Below, piece by piece: positions 29,626-39,267 of a stretch of DNA of 64,000 nt. The notes beneath the pieces are model-generated. The model made no database searches. It was not told the origin of the DNA and worked only from the letters and a program-made list of their open reading frames with translations. Every line of letters starts with the position of its first letter. Positions within the stretch are counted from its first letter, which is position 1. The stretch lies in NCBI GenBank assembly GCA_023387235.1, contig JAEWIJ010000205.1, forward strand, positions 8,294 to 72,293. The letters run 5' to 3'. The stretch is from Pseudomonadota bacterium (GTDB taxonomy: Bacteria; Pseudomonadota; Alphaproteobacteria; Rhizobiales; Hyphomicrobiaceae). A program made the translations under genes and the position numbers.

Positions 29626-30497
29626 TCGAACTTCTCTATGCGTTCGCCGAGCAGGCCGCGCGGGCGCAGCAGCAGCACGAGAATCATCAGCACGTACATC
29701 GAGGCTTCGCCGGCCGGCGGCAGGAAGTGGATGGTCACGCCGCGCACGACGCCGACGAGGATCGCCGCAAGCACGACGCCCCAGAAGCTCCCGAGCCCGC
29801 CGATGACGACGACGACGAATGCAGCCGTAATGATCTCGGCGCCCATGGCCGGATGCACGATGGTGATCGGCGCGAAGAGCGCGCCGCCGAGAGCCGCCGT
29901 GCCGACGCCAAGCACGACGATGGTCGTCATGTAAGGCTGCAGGCGAATGCCGAGCGCTGCCACCATGTCCGGCCGCTGGATGCCCGCCCTGACGACGCGG
30001 CCGAACGATGTCCTGTTCAACAGGAGCCAGATCGCGGCGAGCACCAGGATGACGATGCCGAGCAGCACGAGCCGATAGCGCGAGAACAGGAAGTCACCGA
30101 TGATGATCGCGCCCTTGAGCTCCTGCGGGATCGATGCCGGCAGCGGAGCTGCACCCCAGATGATGCGGATTGCCTGCTCGGCCACCATCGCGAGCCCGAA
30201 GGTCACGAGCAGGCTGAGGATGGGATCGGCAGTGTAGAAGCGCCGCAGCAGAAAGCGCTCGAACAGGACACCGAGAAGGCCGACCACGACAGGCGACAAC
30301 GCGACGGCCGAGACGAATCCCAAGCGCTTACCGATCTCGAGCGAGACGTACGCGCCGAGTGCGTAGAAAGCGCCATGCGCGAGATTGACCACGCCGCCGA
30401 CGCTGAAGATGAGCGACAGGCCGAGCGCGATCAGGAGGTAGTAGCCTCCGAGCACCAGGCCGTTCACCACCTGCTCCAGCAGGAACATCCATTGCAT
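29622..30497 (-). CDS. LivH-type ABC permease
   Basis: MQWMFLLEQVVNGLVLGGYYLLIALGLSLIFSVGGVVNLAHGAFY... It overlaps the fused gene by 4 nt. Confidence 0.88.
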   Translation of the reverse strand: MQWMFLLEQVVNGLVLGGYYLLIALGLSLIFSVGGVVNLAHGAFYALGAYVSLEIGKRLGFVSAVALSPVVVGLLGVLFERFLLRRFYTADPILSLLVTFGLAMVAEQAIRIIWGAAPLPASIPQELKGAIIIGDFLFSRYRLVLLGIVILVLAAIWLLLNRTSFGRVVRAGIQRPDMVAALGIRLQPYMTTIVVLGVGTAALGGALFAPITIVHPAMGAEIITAAFVVVVIGGLGSFWGVVLAAILVGVVRGVTIHFLPPAGEASMYVLMILVLLLRPRGLLGERIEKFE

Positions 30498-30540
30498 GGG
30501 TGGATCAGTGCTGCGGCAGGCGAGAACACGAAGCGGGAAG

Positions 30541-30572
30541 CAAGCGGGTGCGGAAATGCCCGCACCCGCTTG
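30541..30572. other. intercistronic stem-loop (13-bp perfect stem, 6-nt loop) between the binding-protein and permease genes
   Basis: CAAGCGGGTGCGG (30541-30553), aaatgc, CCGCACCCGCTTG (30560-30572). There is no U-tract, so it is more likely an mRNA-stability or attenuation element than a full terminator. Confidence 0.5.
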
Positions 30573-30578
30573 AAGCGA

Positions 30579-31817
30579 TCACATCTTGCACTCGCTCTGC
30601 TCCTTCGTCGGAGCGAGCACCTCGAGTGGCTGATCCGCTGCGGGGACGGCCGCGCCGAGCTTGAGGAAGTCCCACTTGTCCTTCGCCTCTCCCTTCGCTT
30701 TGACGGTGAAGGGATAGGCTTCCTGCATGAGCTGGTGGTCCCAGGAGCGGAAGTAGCCCTTCCGCGACTTCAGCAGGTCGAATTCCGGTTGCTTCTCGAA
30801 ATAGGCAATCAGCGCATCGGTTTCCGTCGACTTGGTCTCGGTCATCGCCTGCGCCATGATCTTCAGCGTTACGTACTCGATCCAGGCGTGGTTTTCCGGC
30901 GGCTTGCCGTGCTTCTTCGTGAAGTCGGCGACGAAGGTCTTCGAGGCGGGTATGTCGAGATCGTGATGCCAGACCGTCGGCCAGATGCCGCTCAAGTTGC
31001 CTTCGCCGGCGGCCCAGGCATCGGCCGTATTGAGGTTGAAGCCCGCGATCGGGAAGGGCAGGCCGAATTCGGCATACTGCTTGACGAAGTTCGTGACCTG
31101 ATTGCCGCCGAGATTGGTCGAGACGAGATCGGGCTTCGCCTGACGAATCTTCAGCAGGTATGGGCTGAAGTCAGTGGCGTCGGTTGCGACGAGCTCGTCG
31201 CCAACCTGCGTTCCACCGTTCGCGGCATAGAAGTTCTTCGCTGCCTTGGCGAGGTCATGCCCGAAGAGATAGTCCGACGTGATGCTGAAAATGCGCTTGC
31301 CCTTGACGAGGCCCTCGCGGGCCAGCGCCTGTCCGGCGGCATTGACCATCACCGTCACTGGAATATCCACGTGGAAGGTATAGCGATTGCAGTCCTTGCC
31401 GCGCAGCACGTCTGAGCGCGCGCCGATGCTCATGAACAGGCGCTTGTTGCGCGCTGCCACCTGCATGATCGTCTTCGCCGAAGCCGAATTGATCTCGCCA
31501 AGCAACATCGCGGCGCCGTTCTGCTCGAGCATCCGCTGGGCCTTGGTCGATGCCGTTGCCGGATTGACCGAGTCCTCCGACATCACCTCGAGCGGGCGCC
31601 CGAGGACGCCGCCGGCCTTGTTGATCTCTTCCTCCGCCATCTTGATGCCGAGCTGGGCGTACGCGCCGAGCGCACCCAGGAAGCCTGTCAGCGGCGTGAG
31701 ATGGCCGATCTTGATGACGTTCGCCTGGGCCCGCCCGATCGCGGGAAACCCGAGCACCGATCCTCCGGCGAAGGCGGCGCCGGTCTTCAGTACCTGCCGA
31801 CGGTCAACGCGAGTCAT
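30579..31817 (-). CDS. Liv-type (Peripla_BP_6) periplasmic substrate-binding protein with a Tat-like leader
   Basis: I prefer the ATG at 31817: MTRVDRRQVLKTGAAFAGGSVLGFPAIGRAQA, then VIKIGHLTPLTGFLGALG. Confidence 0.85.
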   Translation of the reverse strand: MTRVDRRQVLKTGAAFAGGSVLGFPAIGRAQANVIKIGHLTPLTGFLGALGAYAQLGIKMAEEEINKAGGVLGRPLEVMSEDSVNPATASTKAQRMLEQNGAAMLLGEINSASAKTIMQVAARNKRLFMSIGARSDVLRGKDCNRYTFHVDIPVTVMVNAAGQALAREGLVKGKRIFSITSDYLFGHDLAKAAKNFYAANGGTQVGDELVATDATDFSPYLLKIRQAKPDLVSTNLGGNQVTNFVKQYAEFGLPFPIAGFNLNTADAWAAGEGNLSGIWPTVWHHDLDIPASKTFVADFTKKHGKPPENHAWIEYVTLKIMAQAMTETKSTETDALIAYFEKQPEFDLLKSRKGYFRSWDHQLMQEAYPFTVKAKGEAKDKWDFLKLGAAVPAADQPLEVLAPTKEQSECKM

Positions 31818-31946
31818 CTCCGAAATATCCTCCCAATGGGCTCTCTGCGGAGCGCCTTCCACCCGTTTGCTCATTCAGCATCATGAGAGGTGGTTTCTTG
31901 TTATGGCAGGATAGTTCCGCAATGGCCGCACGCTGTCAACTACCGT

Positions 31947-32879
31947 CTAGCGCGCGCCTCGTTCCGGTCCGTCGGCCAGCCCCGGCAACTCACCGCCATT
32001 CGCTGTCGGGCGAAAGCCGAAGTCCTCCGACAATTGCCGCGCGGCCGCCGCGACGATCTTCGCGTGACGCTGCATCACATCATCGGAAAGACGCCAGATC
32101 GGCCCCGAGACGCCGACAGCCCCCACGACGCCGCCGGTGAAATCGCGCACCGCGACGCCGGCGCAGCGCACCTCCAGATTGAACTCGCCGTCGTCGAAGG
32201 CGAGGCCAGTGCGGCGCACATTTTCGATCTCGCGAATGAGCTCGGGGATCTCGGTGATCGATCGCTTGGTCGATGGTGTCAGCGGATTGCGCTGGATGTA
32301 ATGCCTGAGCTGCTCGGACGTGAGCGAAGCGAGAATGGCCTTCCCGAGTGCCGTGCAATGTGCCGGCCGGGTCACCCCGACGCGGTCCGTCATCTGAAAT
32401 GCGCCCGATCCGCTGGTGCGGGCCAAGACCACGACGGCATCGCCCGCGCGGACACAGAAGTGCGCACTTTCCCCCGTCGCCCGCGACAGTTCCTCGAGCA
32501 CAGGCGTCGCGAGATGGATCATCTCGATCTCATCGAGCGCGCTCGCCGCGAGCGTGAACATTCGGCGGCCGATCCGATAGCGCTTCGTCTCGGCGTCCTG
32601 GCGGATATAACCCAGGGAAACGAGGGTTTTCGCGAGATGAAACGCAGTTGAATTGTGTAATCCCACGAGCCGGCTGAGATCGGCGAGGCCGATCCCATCG
32701 CGATGCCGCGCGACGACCTCGATGATGCCGAAAGCGCGGCCGAGCGACTGCACGCCGACCCGCTGAGCGGGATCGTCGCTCCCCGCCTTCCGCGAGAGAA
32801 TGGTACTGTCCTTACGGCGGGCATACTTCTTTCGGGTCGTGGATTGCTGCGCCGCCGCCTTCTTCGATCGCTCGCTCAA
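31947..32879 (-). CDS. IclR-family transcriptional regulator
   Basis: An N-terminal basic tail, then VQSLGRAFGIIEVVARHRDGIGLADLSRLVGLHNSTAFHLAKTLVSLGYI and an IclR effector domain. Confidence 0.85.
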   Translation of the reverse strand: MSERSKKAAAQQSTTRKKYARRKDSTILSRKAGSDDPAQRVGVQSLGRAFGIIEVVARHRDGIGLADLSRLVGLHNSTAFHLAKTLVSLGYIRQDAETKRYRIGRRMFTLAASALDEIEMIHLATPVLEELSRATGESAHFCVRAGDAVVVLARTSGSGAFQMTDRVGVTRPAHCTALGKAILASLTSEQLRHYIQRNPLTPSTKRSITEIPELIREIENVRRTGLAFDDGEFNLEVRCAGVAVRDFTGGVVGAVGVSGPIWRLSDDVMQRHAKIVAAAARQLSEDFGFRPTANGGELPGLADGPERGAR

Positions 32880-32922
32880 GGTCTCAACTCCGAAATTGCC
32901 TCGTTCTTCCGCGGGAGCGCGC

Positions 32923-33291
32923 CTACACGGCCCCGTCTTCGACCGGCGAGGTTATCACCAGAAACACCAGATCGACGAGGCCGCTGTTGGAGATGGCATG
33001 ATCGATGCCCGGAGGCAGGAAGATGACGTCGTGCTCGCGGACGACCCGGTTCTCTCCATCGATCTCCATCAGGCCTTCGCCTTTGAGCACGTGATAGATC
33101 TGCTCCTGTGTCTTGTGGCGATGCGTTTTGACGTAAGCCATCGGCTGGTACATCGAAATTCGATAGTCGATGTGCTTGGCATCGGCGTTCTGCGGCCATA
33201 CGAGCGGCTTCGACAGCGCCCCGCCGAAGTGGTCGGGGAACTCCCGCCACGGCACCTCGGCGATGTTGCGAATGCACCATTTGCGTTCCAT
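32923..33291 (-). CDS. cupin-domain protein
   Basis: ATG 33291 with a GGGAGG RBS. Cupin motifs HRHKTQEQIYHVLKGEG...FLPPGIDHAISN. Confidence 0.75.
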   Translation of the reverse strand: MERKWCIRNIAEVPWREFPDHFGGALSKPLVWPQNADAKHIDYRISMYQPMAYVKTHRHKTQEQIYHVLKGEGLMEIDGENRVVREHDVIFLPPGIDHAISNSGLVDLVFLVITSPVEDGAV

Positions 33292-33466
33292 CGTTCTCGC
33301 CTCCCTGTGCGGATTGCCGCGTCGCTGGCCGGTTTCGCCGGTCTTCCAGTATGCCACAATATCAATTGACGTGCTGAATTGTGAGAAATAGCCTCACCGG
33401 CAGCATTGGCGCCGGCAAGGCCGCGCCCAAAACGTCGCAAACGACGCAAAAGGGGGGGGCGCTCAA

Positions 33467-35269
33467 ATGGCGACACCGAACAGGCTCAACGGCGCACAGG
33501 TCATCGTCGACTATCTGATCCGGGAAGGCGCGCCCTATGCCTTTGGGCTTTGCGGGCACGGCAATATCCAGCTCATCGACGCGCTCTACGAGCGCTCGCA
33601 CGACATCAAGACCATCTCAGTGCACCACGAGAGCGTCGCTGGGTTCATGGCCGACGTCTATTACCGGGTGTCCGGCCAGCCGGTCGCGACGTTCACCTCA
33701 TGCGGTCCGGGATCAGCCAACCTGCCGATCTCGCTCGGCAATGCTTACCTCGACTCCGTGCCGTTCCTCGCCGTCACAGGCAATGTGCCGACGAGCCAGT
33801 TCAATCGCGGGGCCTTCCAGGAGCTCTACCGGCACTATCAGGCCGACTTTCCCTCGACGGTGCGCAGCTACTGCAAGAAGGTGTTCCAGCCGACACGCGG
33901 CGACATGGTGCCGCTCGCGATCCGCCAGGCCTGGAAGACGATGGTCACTGGCCGCCCAGGCCCCGTGGTTCTCGACGTTCCTTTCGACGTGTTCATGGAA
34001 GGGGCAGCCGAAGAAACGCCGGATCCGCGCGAATGGAGCGCGAACATCTCGAGCCGCTGCGGCGCCGATCCTGAAGGTGTCGTGAAGGCCGTCGACATGC
34101 TGCTCTCGGCCGAGCGCCCGGTGATCCTGGTCGGCCAGGGTGTGCGCTATGGCGGCGCTGCCGAGGAGCTGCTGAAGCTCGCGGAGATGCTGCAGATCCC
34201 CGTTGCTGCCTCGGCGAGTGGCATGGGCGCCATCGACGCCAGCCATCCGCTCGCGCTCGGTCTCGTCGCGCGCGCCGGACACTATCAGGCGAACCACGCC
34301 GCCCGTCAGGCCGATGTGTTGCTAGCCCTCGGTGTCCGTTTCGACGATCGCACGTCGAGCTCGTGGATTCCGGGTTATTCGTTCACGATCCCGCCGACAA
34401 AGCTCATCCACGTCGATATCGATCCCGAGGAGATCGGTCGCAACTATCCGGTCTCCCTCGGCCTCATGGCGGACGTGCGCACGTTCCTGCGCCAACTGCT
34501 GGCCGAGATTGAAACGCGCAAATCCATCGATGCGAAGCTCGATGCGCGCAGGAAGTGGCTCGCCGCGATCGACGGTTACCGTAAGGAGTGGGATGCCTTT
34601 GTGGCGCCCGGCTTCTCGGACGATACCTCGCCGATCAATCCGCAGCGCGCGGCCCACGAGATCGACCGCTGCCTGCCGGAGGATGCCATACTCGTGAGCG
34701 ACATCGGCGTGCATCACAACTGGCTGCTCGGCTTCTGCAAACCGCGGCGGCCGGACTCGCTGATCGGCTCCATGGGCTTTGGCCCCATGGGTTTCGGCGT
34801 CGCAGGTGTGCTCGGCGCGAAGTTCGCGGCGCCCGATCGTCCATGCGTCTCCGTGTGCGGCGACGGCGCCTTCTTCATGCACGCGAACGTGCTCGGCACG
34901 GCCGTCGAGTACAATCTGCCCGTCGTCTGGGTCGTGTGGAACAACTACGCCTACGCGTCGATCCGCGGCCTGCAGCGCGGATATCTCGGCGGCCGCGAGC
35001 TCGCGACCGATTTCCACGATCCGACGACCGGGCAGCGCTACAATCCGGACTTCGCCGCCATGGCGCGATCCGCCGGTGTCGCCGGCGTGCGCGTGGATCG
35101 CGCCGCCGATTTAGGCGACGCGATCCGCAAGGCGATCGCGGCCAACAAGCCCTATCTCATCGACGTCGATATCGCAGCGGACACCAATCCGTCCGGTGCC
35201 GGCGTCTGGGAGCTCCCGGGTCTCGGCCAGAGCAAGCCCGGCATCGGCAAGCGCTACGAGCCGACGTGA
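33467..35269 (+). CDS. thiamine-diphosphate-dependent enzyme, acetolactate-synthase large-subunit superfamily; substrate unknown
   Basis: N-terminal Pyr domain (GAQVIVDYLIREGAPYAFGLCGHGN...SCGPGSANL) and a C-terminal PP domain (GSMGFGPMGFGVAGVLGA...CGDGAFFM). Confidence 0.85.
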   Translation: MATPNRLNGAQVIVDYLIREGAPYAFGLCGHGNIQLIDALYERSHDIKTISVHHESVAGFMADVYYRVSGQPVATFTSCGPGSANLPISLGNAYLDSVPFLAVTGNVPTSQFNRGAFQELYRHYQADFPSTVRSYCKKVFQPTRGDMVPLAIRQAWKTMVTGRPGPVVLDVPFDVFMEGAAEETPDPREWSANISSRCGADPEGVVKAVDMLLSAERPVILVGQGVRYGGAAEELLKLAEMLQIPVAASASGMGAIDASHPLALGLVARAGHYQANHAARQADVLLALGVRFDDRTSSSWIPGYSFTIPPTKLIHVDIDPEEIGRNYPVSLGLMADVRTFLRQLLAEIETRKSIDAKLDARRKWLAAIDGYRKEWDAFVAPGFSDDTSPINPQRAAHEIDRCLPEDAILVSDIGVHHNWLLGFCKPRRPDSLIGSMGFGPMGFGVAGVLGAKFAAPDRPCVSVCGDGAFFMHANVLGTAVEYNLPVVWVVWNNYAYASIRGLQRGYLGGRELATDFHDPTTGQRYNPDFAAMARSAGVAGVRVDRAADLGDAIRKAIAANKPYLIDVDIAADTNPSGAGVWELPGLGQSKPGIGKRYEPT

Positions 35270-35294
35270 CGCTCTAGAATAGGAGGCAGAGGAT

Positions 35295-35999
35295 ATGAAG
35301 CTCGCTGGCAAGAAAGTCGTCGTTGTCGGTGGCTCCTCCGGCATCGGCCTCGCCACGGCCGCGATGGCAAGGGCCGATGGTGCCGAGGTCATCATTGCTG
35401 CGCGCACGCCCGAGCGCCTCCAGGCGGCTGCGAGGTCGATCGGTGCAAGTGCCATTCCCACCGACGTCACGAGCGACGACAGCGTGAATGCGCTGTTTGA
35501 AGCGTGCGGTGCTGTGGATCATGTCGTCGTCACGGCTGCCCAGCTTCGCACGGGGCCCTTCAAGACCGTGCGGATGGATGATGTGCGCGCGACGATGGAG
35601 AACAAGTTCTGGGGAGCGTGGCGCGTCGCGCGTGCGGCCGAGATCCGTGCCGGCGGCTCGCTGACGCTCGTGTCCGGCTTCCTGAGCGTCCGTCCGCGGC
35701 CGGCGGCGGCGATTGTCGGCGCCGCCAACGGGGCGCTCGAGTCGCTCGCGCGCAGCCTCGCGCTCGAGCTCGCGCCCGTGCGCGTGAATGCCGTCTCGCC
35801 CGGTATTGTCGATACGCCGATCCGCGCCGCGATGCCGGAGGCTCAGCGTCTCGACATGCTCTCGAAGGTGGCCGCTGGTCTTCCCGTCGGACGTGTAGGC
35901 CTCGGCGAGGACATCGCCCAGCAGATCCTCTCGTTCATGGCGAACGGCTTTGCCACGGGCTCCATCGTCTACATCGACGGCGGCGCGCTCATTGTCTGA
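35295..35999 (+). CDS. short-chain dehydrogenase/reductase (SDR)
   Basis: KVVVVGGSSGIGLATA cofactor motif and a typical SDR length of 234 aa. Confidence 0.85.
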   Translation: MKLAGKKVVVVGGSSGIGLATAAMARADGAEVIIAARTPERLQAAARSIGASAIPTDVTSDDSVNALFEACGAVDHVVVTAAQLRTGPFKTVRMDDVRATMENKFWGAWRVARAAEIRAGGSLTLVSGFLSVRPRPAAAIVGAANGALESLARSLALELAPVRVNAVSPGIVDTPIRAAMPEAQRLDMLSKVAAGLPVGRVGLGEDIAQQILSFMANGFATGSIVYIDGGALIV

Positions 36000-36344
36000 G
36001 TGAGCGTCGGGTGATTTGCAGGATCAGCCGATCAAGGCGACTTCAGTTTGCCTGCATCAAATTGAGGCTACATATTGAGCGTCGCTTGGTCGATGACGGG
36101 CAGGAATTTCGTGGCGCCAAATGCCTGCCTGGGCGGATCGCCCCATGGAGCGAGCGACACCACGAACCGGAGTTCGTCGGGATACTCCTCCGGCTCATCG
36201 GCCCTGCTCATCCGGTTCGGAGTGCGCTTTATTGCGGGTAGCCGTCCTGAACGACGCAGCGCTACTTGCCGGCCAAAGCCGGGTCTTCGCTTCGCTCGAC
36301 ACGGTCGCGCATCGCGTCTCAGAGCTAAGCCATTGATTTGGCTT

Positions 36345-36394
36345 TGGTACCGCCTCCCCGGCTCGAACGGGGGACCCCCAGATCCACAATCAGG
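36345..36394 (-). other. tRNA 3' remnant (anticodon arm to CCA), candidate att core
   Basis: Minus strand reads CCTGA-TTGTGGA-TCTGG-GGGTC-CCCCG-TTCGAGC-CGGGG-AGGCGGT-A-CCA. The T arm is perfect. The anticodon loop gives GTG (His by my fold), with one T:T mismatch in the stem. No D arm or 5' acceptor strand (ACCGCCT) lies upstream. Confidence 0.6.
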
Positions 36395-36511
36395 ACGTCA
36401 TTGAAACATCTTGCACCTTCGTGAAACGAGATGAACCATGTATTATACTGATATTACGTAAAATAATACGCCTGTCCCGTTTCACGTCGCTTCACGCCGC
36501 CCCTTGAAGTT

Positions 36512-37876
36512 TTGTCCCGATGGGCCAAATATGGGCCAAATCCATCTCCGAGGCGAGCGTTCTTCGTGGCCCTGAAACCCTCTGCATCCACCCTCCTTCC
36601 GGCGAACGTGAAAGCCATCCGCCGCGCGGCCCGCGGGGTGGCCGCAGCCGGTGCCGCCCGCGAGTTCCGCATCGATGGCGCACGCGGTCTCGTGCTGCTG
36701 GCGCTGCCGAGCGGGACTGCGACCTGGTACCTGCATTACGACGTCGCCGTCGGGCGGAAGCGTCGACGGCGCAAGCTGAAGATTGGCAGGCTCGACGACA
36801 TCGCGCTGGCCGATGCCATCGCCGTGGCTGAGCGCCAACGTCCCGCCATCCGCACGGGTGCCGATCCCGTCGCTCGGCGACAGAGCGAGCGGCATGAGCT
36901 GACGTTCGCGGAACTCGTCGAGGAGCGCTTCGCCAAGGGGAGTCCCCTCCGTCCCACCACCGAGCGGGACTATCGACACGTGCTCGCCCGTGACGTCCTG
37001 CCGGCCCTCGGTGCCCTGTCCGCCAAGCAAGTGACGCGGGATCAGATCGTGATGGTTATCAACAAGGCCGTTGCGCGCGGTGCCACGCGACGAGCGGACC
37101 TTGCCCGGGCCGTCGTCCGTTCCATCTTCGCCTTCGGAATCGATCGCGGCCTCGTCGACAGCAATCCCGCGACCGGGCTGAGGAATCGACATGCCTACCG
37201 CCCGCGGGAGGTCATTGCGGGCGCCGAGCACATCCGCACGCTGTGGGAGGGCATCGAAAGCGGGCGGGCGCCTATGGCGCCAACCGTCGGGCTTATCGTA
37301 CGCCTCGCCCTGCTGACGGGACTGAGGCGGGCCGAACTCGCCGCCACCCGACGGGCGGACCTTGATCTCGAGTCTGCCCGCCCATTGCTGGCTATCCCGA
37401 GCGGACGGGCAAAGAACCGCAACCTACACCGGGTACCGCTCAGCCCACAGGCCGCCCGTCTTTTTCGGGATGCTCTTGGGCGGGCAGGCGACGGTCCCTT
37501 TGCCTTCCCAGGCGAAATACCGGGCACCCACATCCTCCCGCGCAGCGTCAGCAAAGCCATGGAGCGCACCCGCGCGGAACTCGATATCCCCGACGTTACG
37601 ATGCACGATCTGCGACGCACGGTCGGCACGCGCATGAGCGAGCTTGGCGTGCCGAGGGATGTACGCGAGCGGATCCTGAATCACGGCGGCAAGCGGGCGG
37701 GCAATCTCACGGACGGCGTCTACAATCGCTATGAATTCGACGCCGAGAAGCGGGCGGCGCTCGAGTTGTGGGCAGACGCACTCGATGCCATCCTCGGCCG
37801 CGGTCCTCCCGAGATCGAGGGCTATCCCGCCCGCCTTGCCCACCTCAAGGGCGGGACGACCGTGCGCGTGGGATAA
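36512..37876 (+). CDS. tyrosine recombinase, P4-type integrase (DUF4102-like arm-binding N-terminus plus catalytic domain)
   Basis: N-terminus GLVLLALPSGTATWYLHYDV..KLKIGRLDDIALADAIAVAE. Catalytic region LLTGLRRAEL...HRVPLSPQA...MHDLRRTVGTRMSELGVPRDVRERILNHG...VYNRY. Confidence 0.9.
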   Translation: MSRWAKYGPNPSPRRAFFVALKPSASTLLPANVKAIRRAARGVAAAGAAREFRIDGARGLVLLALPSGTATWYLHYDVAVGRKRRRRKLKIGRLDDIALADAIAVAERQRPAIRTGADPVARRQSERHELTFAELVEERFAKGSPLRPTTERDYRHVLARDVLPALGALSAKQVTRDQIVMVINKAVARGATRRADLARAVVRSIFAFGIDRGLVDSNPATGLRNRHAYRPREVIAGAEHIRTLWEGIESGRAPMAPTVGLIVRLALLTGLRRAELAATRRADLDLESARPLLAIPSGRAKNRNLHRVPLSPQAARLFRDALGRAGDGPFAFPGEIPGTHILPRSVSKAMERTRAELDIPDVTMHDLRRTVGTRMSELGVPRDVRERILNHGGKRAGNLTDGVYNRYEFDAEKRAALELWADALDAILGRGPPEIEGYPARLAHLKGGTTVRVG

Positions 37877-38034
37877 CTGGTGGGCGGGCGAATTTCGTCC
37901 GGATGACCGCCGGAACGTGTCGGCCGTCGAGAGGCTTGATTGCGCGATGCCGGATTCTCGAAGACGAAGTCGTGCGCCACCGCCGGATGTGGCCGACATT
38001 GCGTGCGATGCTCCGGACAGCATCCGCGCCAAGC

Positions 38035-39267
38035 TTACAGCGGGAGGCCAACGCCCACGTAGAACTGACGTGAGGCCTTGAGCTTGCACCCGCCCACAGC
38101 CTCGACGGCCTGCTTCAAGAGCTGTCCGAAGACATTGGGCGCGATCCTCGGCCAGCCGCGCGTCTCTTGCATCCCTTTGTACGCTTCGAGAAGGTCAGCT
38201 CCGGCGGCGCGAAGGTCCGGACCACGGCTCAGCGTCGCGACGAACGTGTGGACCGCCCTGAGCGGCACGCCCACTTCCCTCGACGCAGAACTCGGCTCGC
38301 CCCACGGCCGGGGCCCCTTGCCTGCGCGTCGGCCGGTGCTTTCGCGATCGGTCCTGCCTGCCCTCCGTCCCCGATCCGATTTCAGCGGCGCGTCCCGCAT
38401 GGAAACTGACACCTTATCCGCATTCGAGTTCGCAATTGCCGACGCCGGCGCATGTTCGGCCTTCGTGGCTGATACGCGCGCTCCCGCTGTCGACCAGAAG
38501 AAGCTCGCGAACCCGAATGCGCCTATCTCGGCCACTTCGATGACTGCGGCCCAGAACAGCGTGCGCAGAATTTCAGCGGTTCTGAGCGAGATGTCGAGCC
38601 ACGCCGCGAGCATGGCCAGATCGGGCTGTTGGCTTTCCGCGCCCCCCGGCTGACGCGAAAGCTGACGGCGAAGCTCTGCCTCACGCTCGTGGAGGCGCTC
38701 GGCCTCAGCTGCCGTCGCGCGCGCGGCCTCGAGATGCGCGAGCCGCGCGCAGAACAGGCGCTGTCCCCCATTCGCCACCTTCGTGCAGCCTGAAGTGGCG
38801 TCCCACCTCCAATCATGCCGCTCGGCCGCGATTTCAGAGTTGACAGTCGCCAGCGGTTTCCACCCCACGACCTTCAGCCGCTCGCCAACAGTCTTCAGCT
38901 CAGAACGCGCGATGTCGGCACGCTCGGCAGCCGCACCCGCGTCGGTGACGCGCGCGGACCGTTGGAGTTCGAACAGGGCAACCGCATTCCAGACCGACAG
39001 ACCCACGAGAAGAATGGAAATCGCGACGCCCATGGACCCGGCCAAGGCGCTCCTTCGCCACGCCGGGACGATCGCCGCAACCAAGGTGACCTTGGCGACA
39101 TGGATCAATGCCAGCAGAAGGCCGGCGCCGTAATTCAGCGTCAGACCTCCGATGGCCATGGTCGCTGTTGGATCGAGCCATGCGCCGTACCTGTAAGGTG
39201 TCGCGATCGCGAACGTCGCGACGCCGCTACCCAGCACGAACATTGTCACACTCCAGGTCCGGCTCAC
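38035..39267 (-). CDS. orphan island protein: 4 TM, coiled coil, a fifth TM, a basic linker and a compact C-terminal domain
   Basis: 410-aa ORF. TM helices lie in aa 1-100, an Ala/Arg/Glu-rich helical region follows, and the C-terminus reads ...LLEAYKGMQETRGWPRIAPNVFGQLLKQAVEAVGGCKLKASRQFYVGVGL. No family recognised. Confidence 0.6.
   Translation of the reverse strand: MSRTWSVTMFVLGSGVATFAIATPYRYGAWLDPTATMAIGGLTLNYGAGLLLALIHVAKVTLVAAIVPAWRRSALAGSMGVAISILLVGLSVWNAVALFELQRSARVTDAGAAAERADIARSELKTVGERLKVVGWKPLATVNSEIAAERHDWRWDATSGCTKVANGGQRLFCARLAHLEAARATAAEAERLHEREAELRRQLSRQPGGAESQQPDLAMLAAWLDISLRTAEILRTLFWAAVIEVAEIGAFGFASFFWSTAGARVSATKAEHAPASAIANSNADKVSVSMRDAPLKSDRGRRAGRTDRESTGRRAGKGPRPWGEPSSASREVGVPLRAVHTFVATLSRGPDLRAAGADLLEAYKGMQETRGWPRIAPNVFGQLLKQAVEAVGGCKLKASRQFYVGVGLPL

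Noticed and set aside
29604-31415. 603-aa plus-strand ORF
   Set aside because: It is antisense to the LivH-type permease and the binding-protein gene, both of which have clear family signatures. Its sequence is Arg/Asp/Glu/His-rich and looks like noise.
36068-36211. 47-codon minus-strand ORF (MSRADEPEEYPDELRFVV...) between the SDR gene and the tRNA remnant
   Set aside because: It has no RBS and no recognisable family, and it may be a gene fragment left at the integration junction. The evidence is insufficient to call it.
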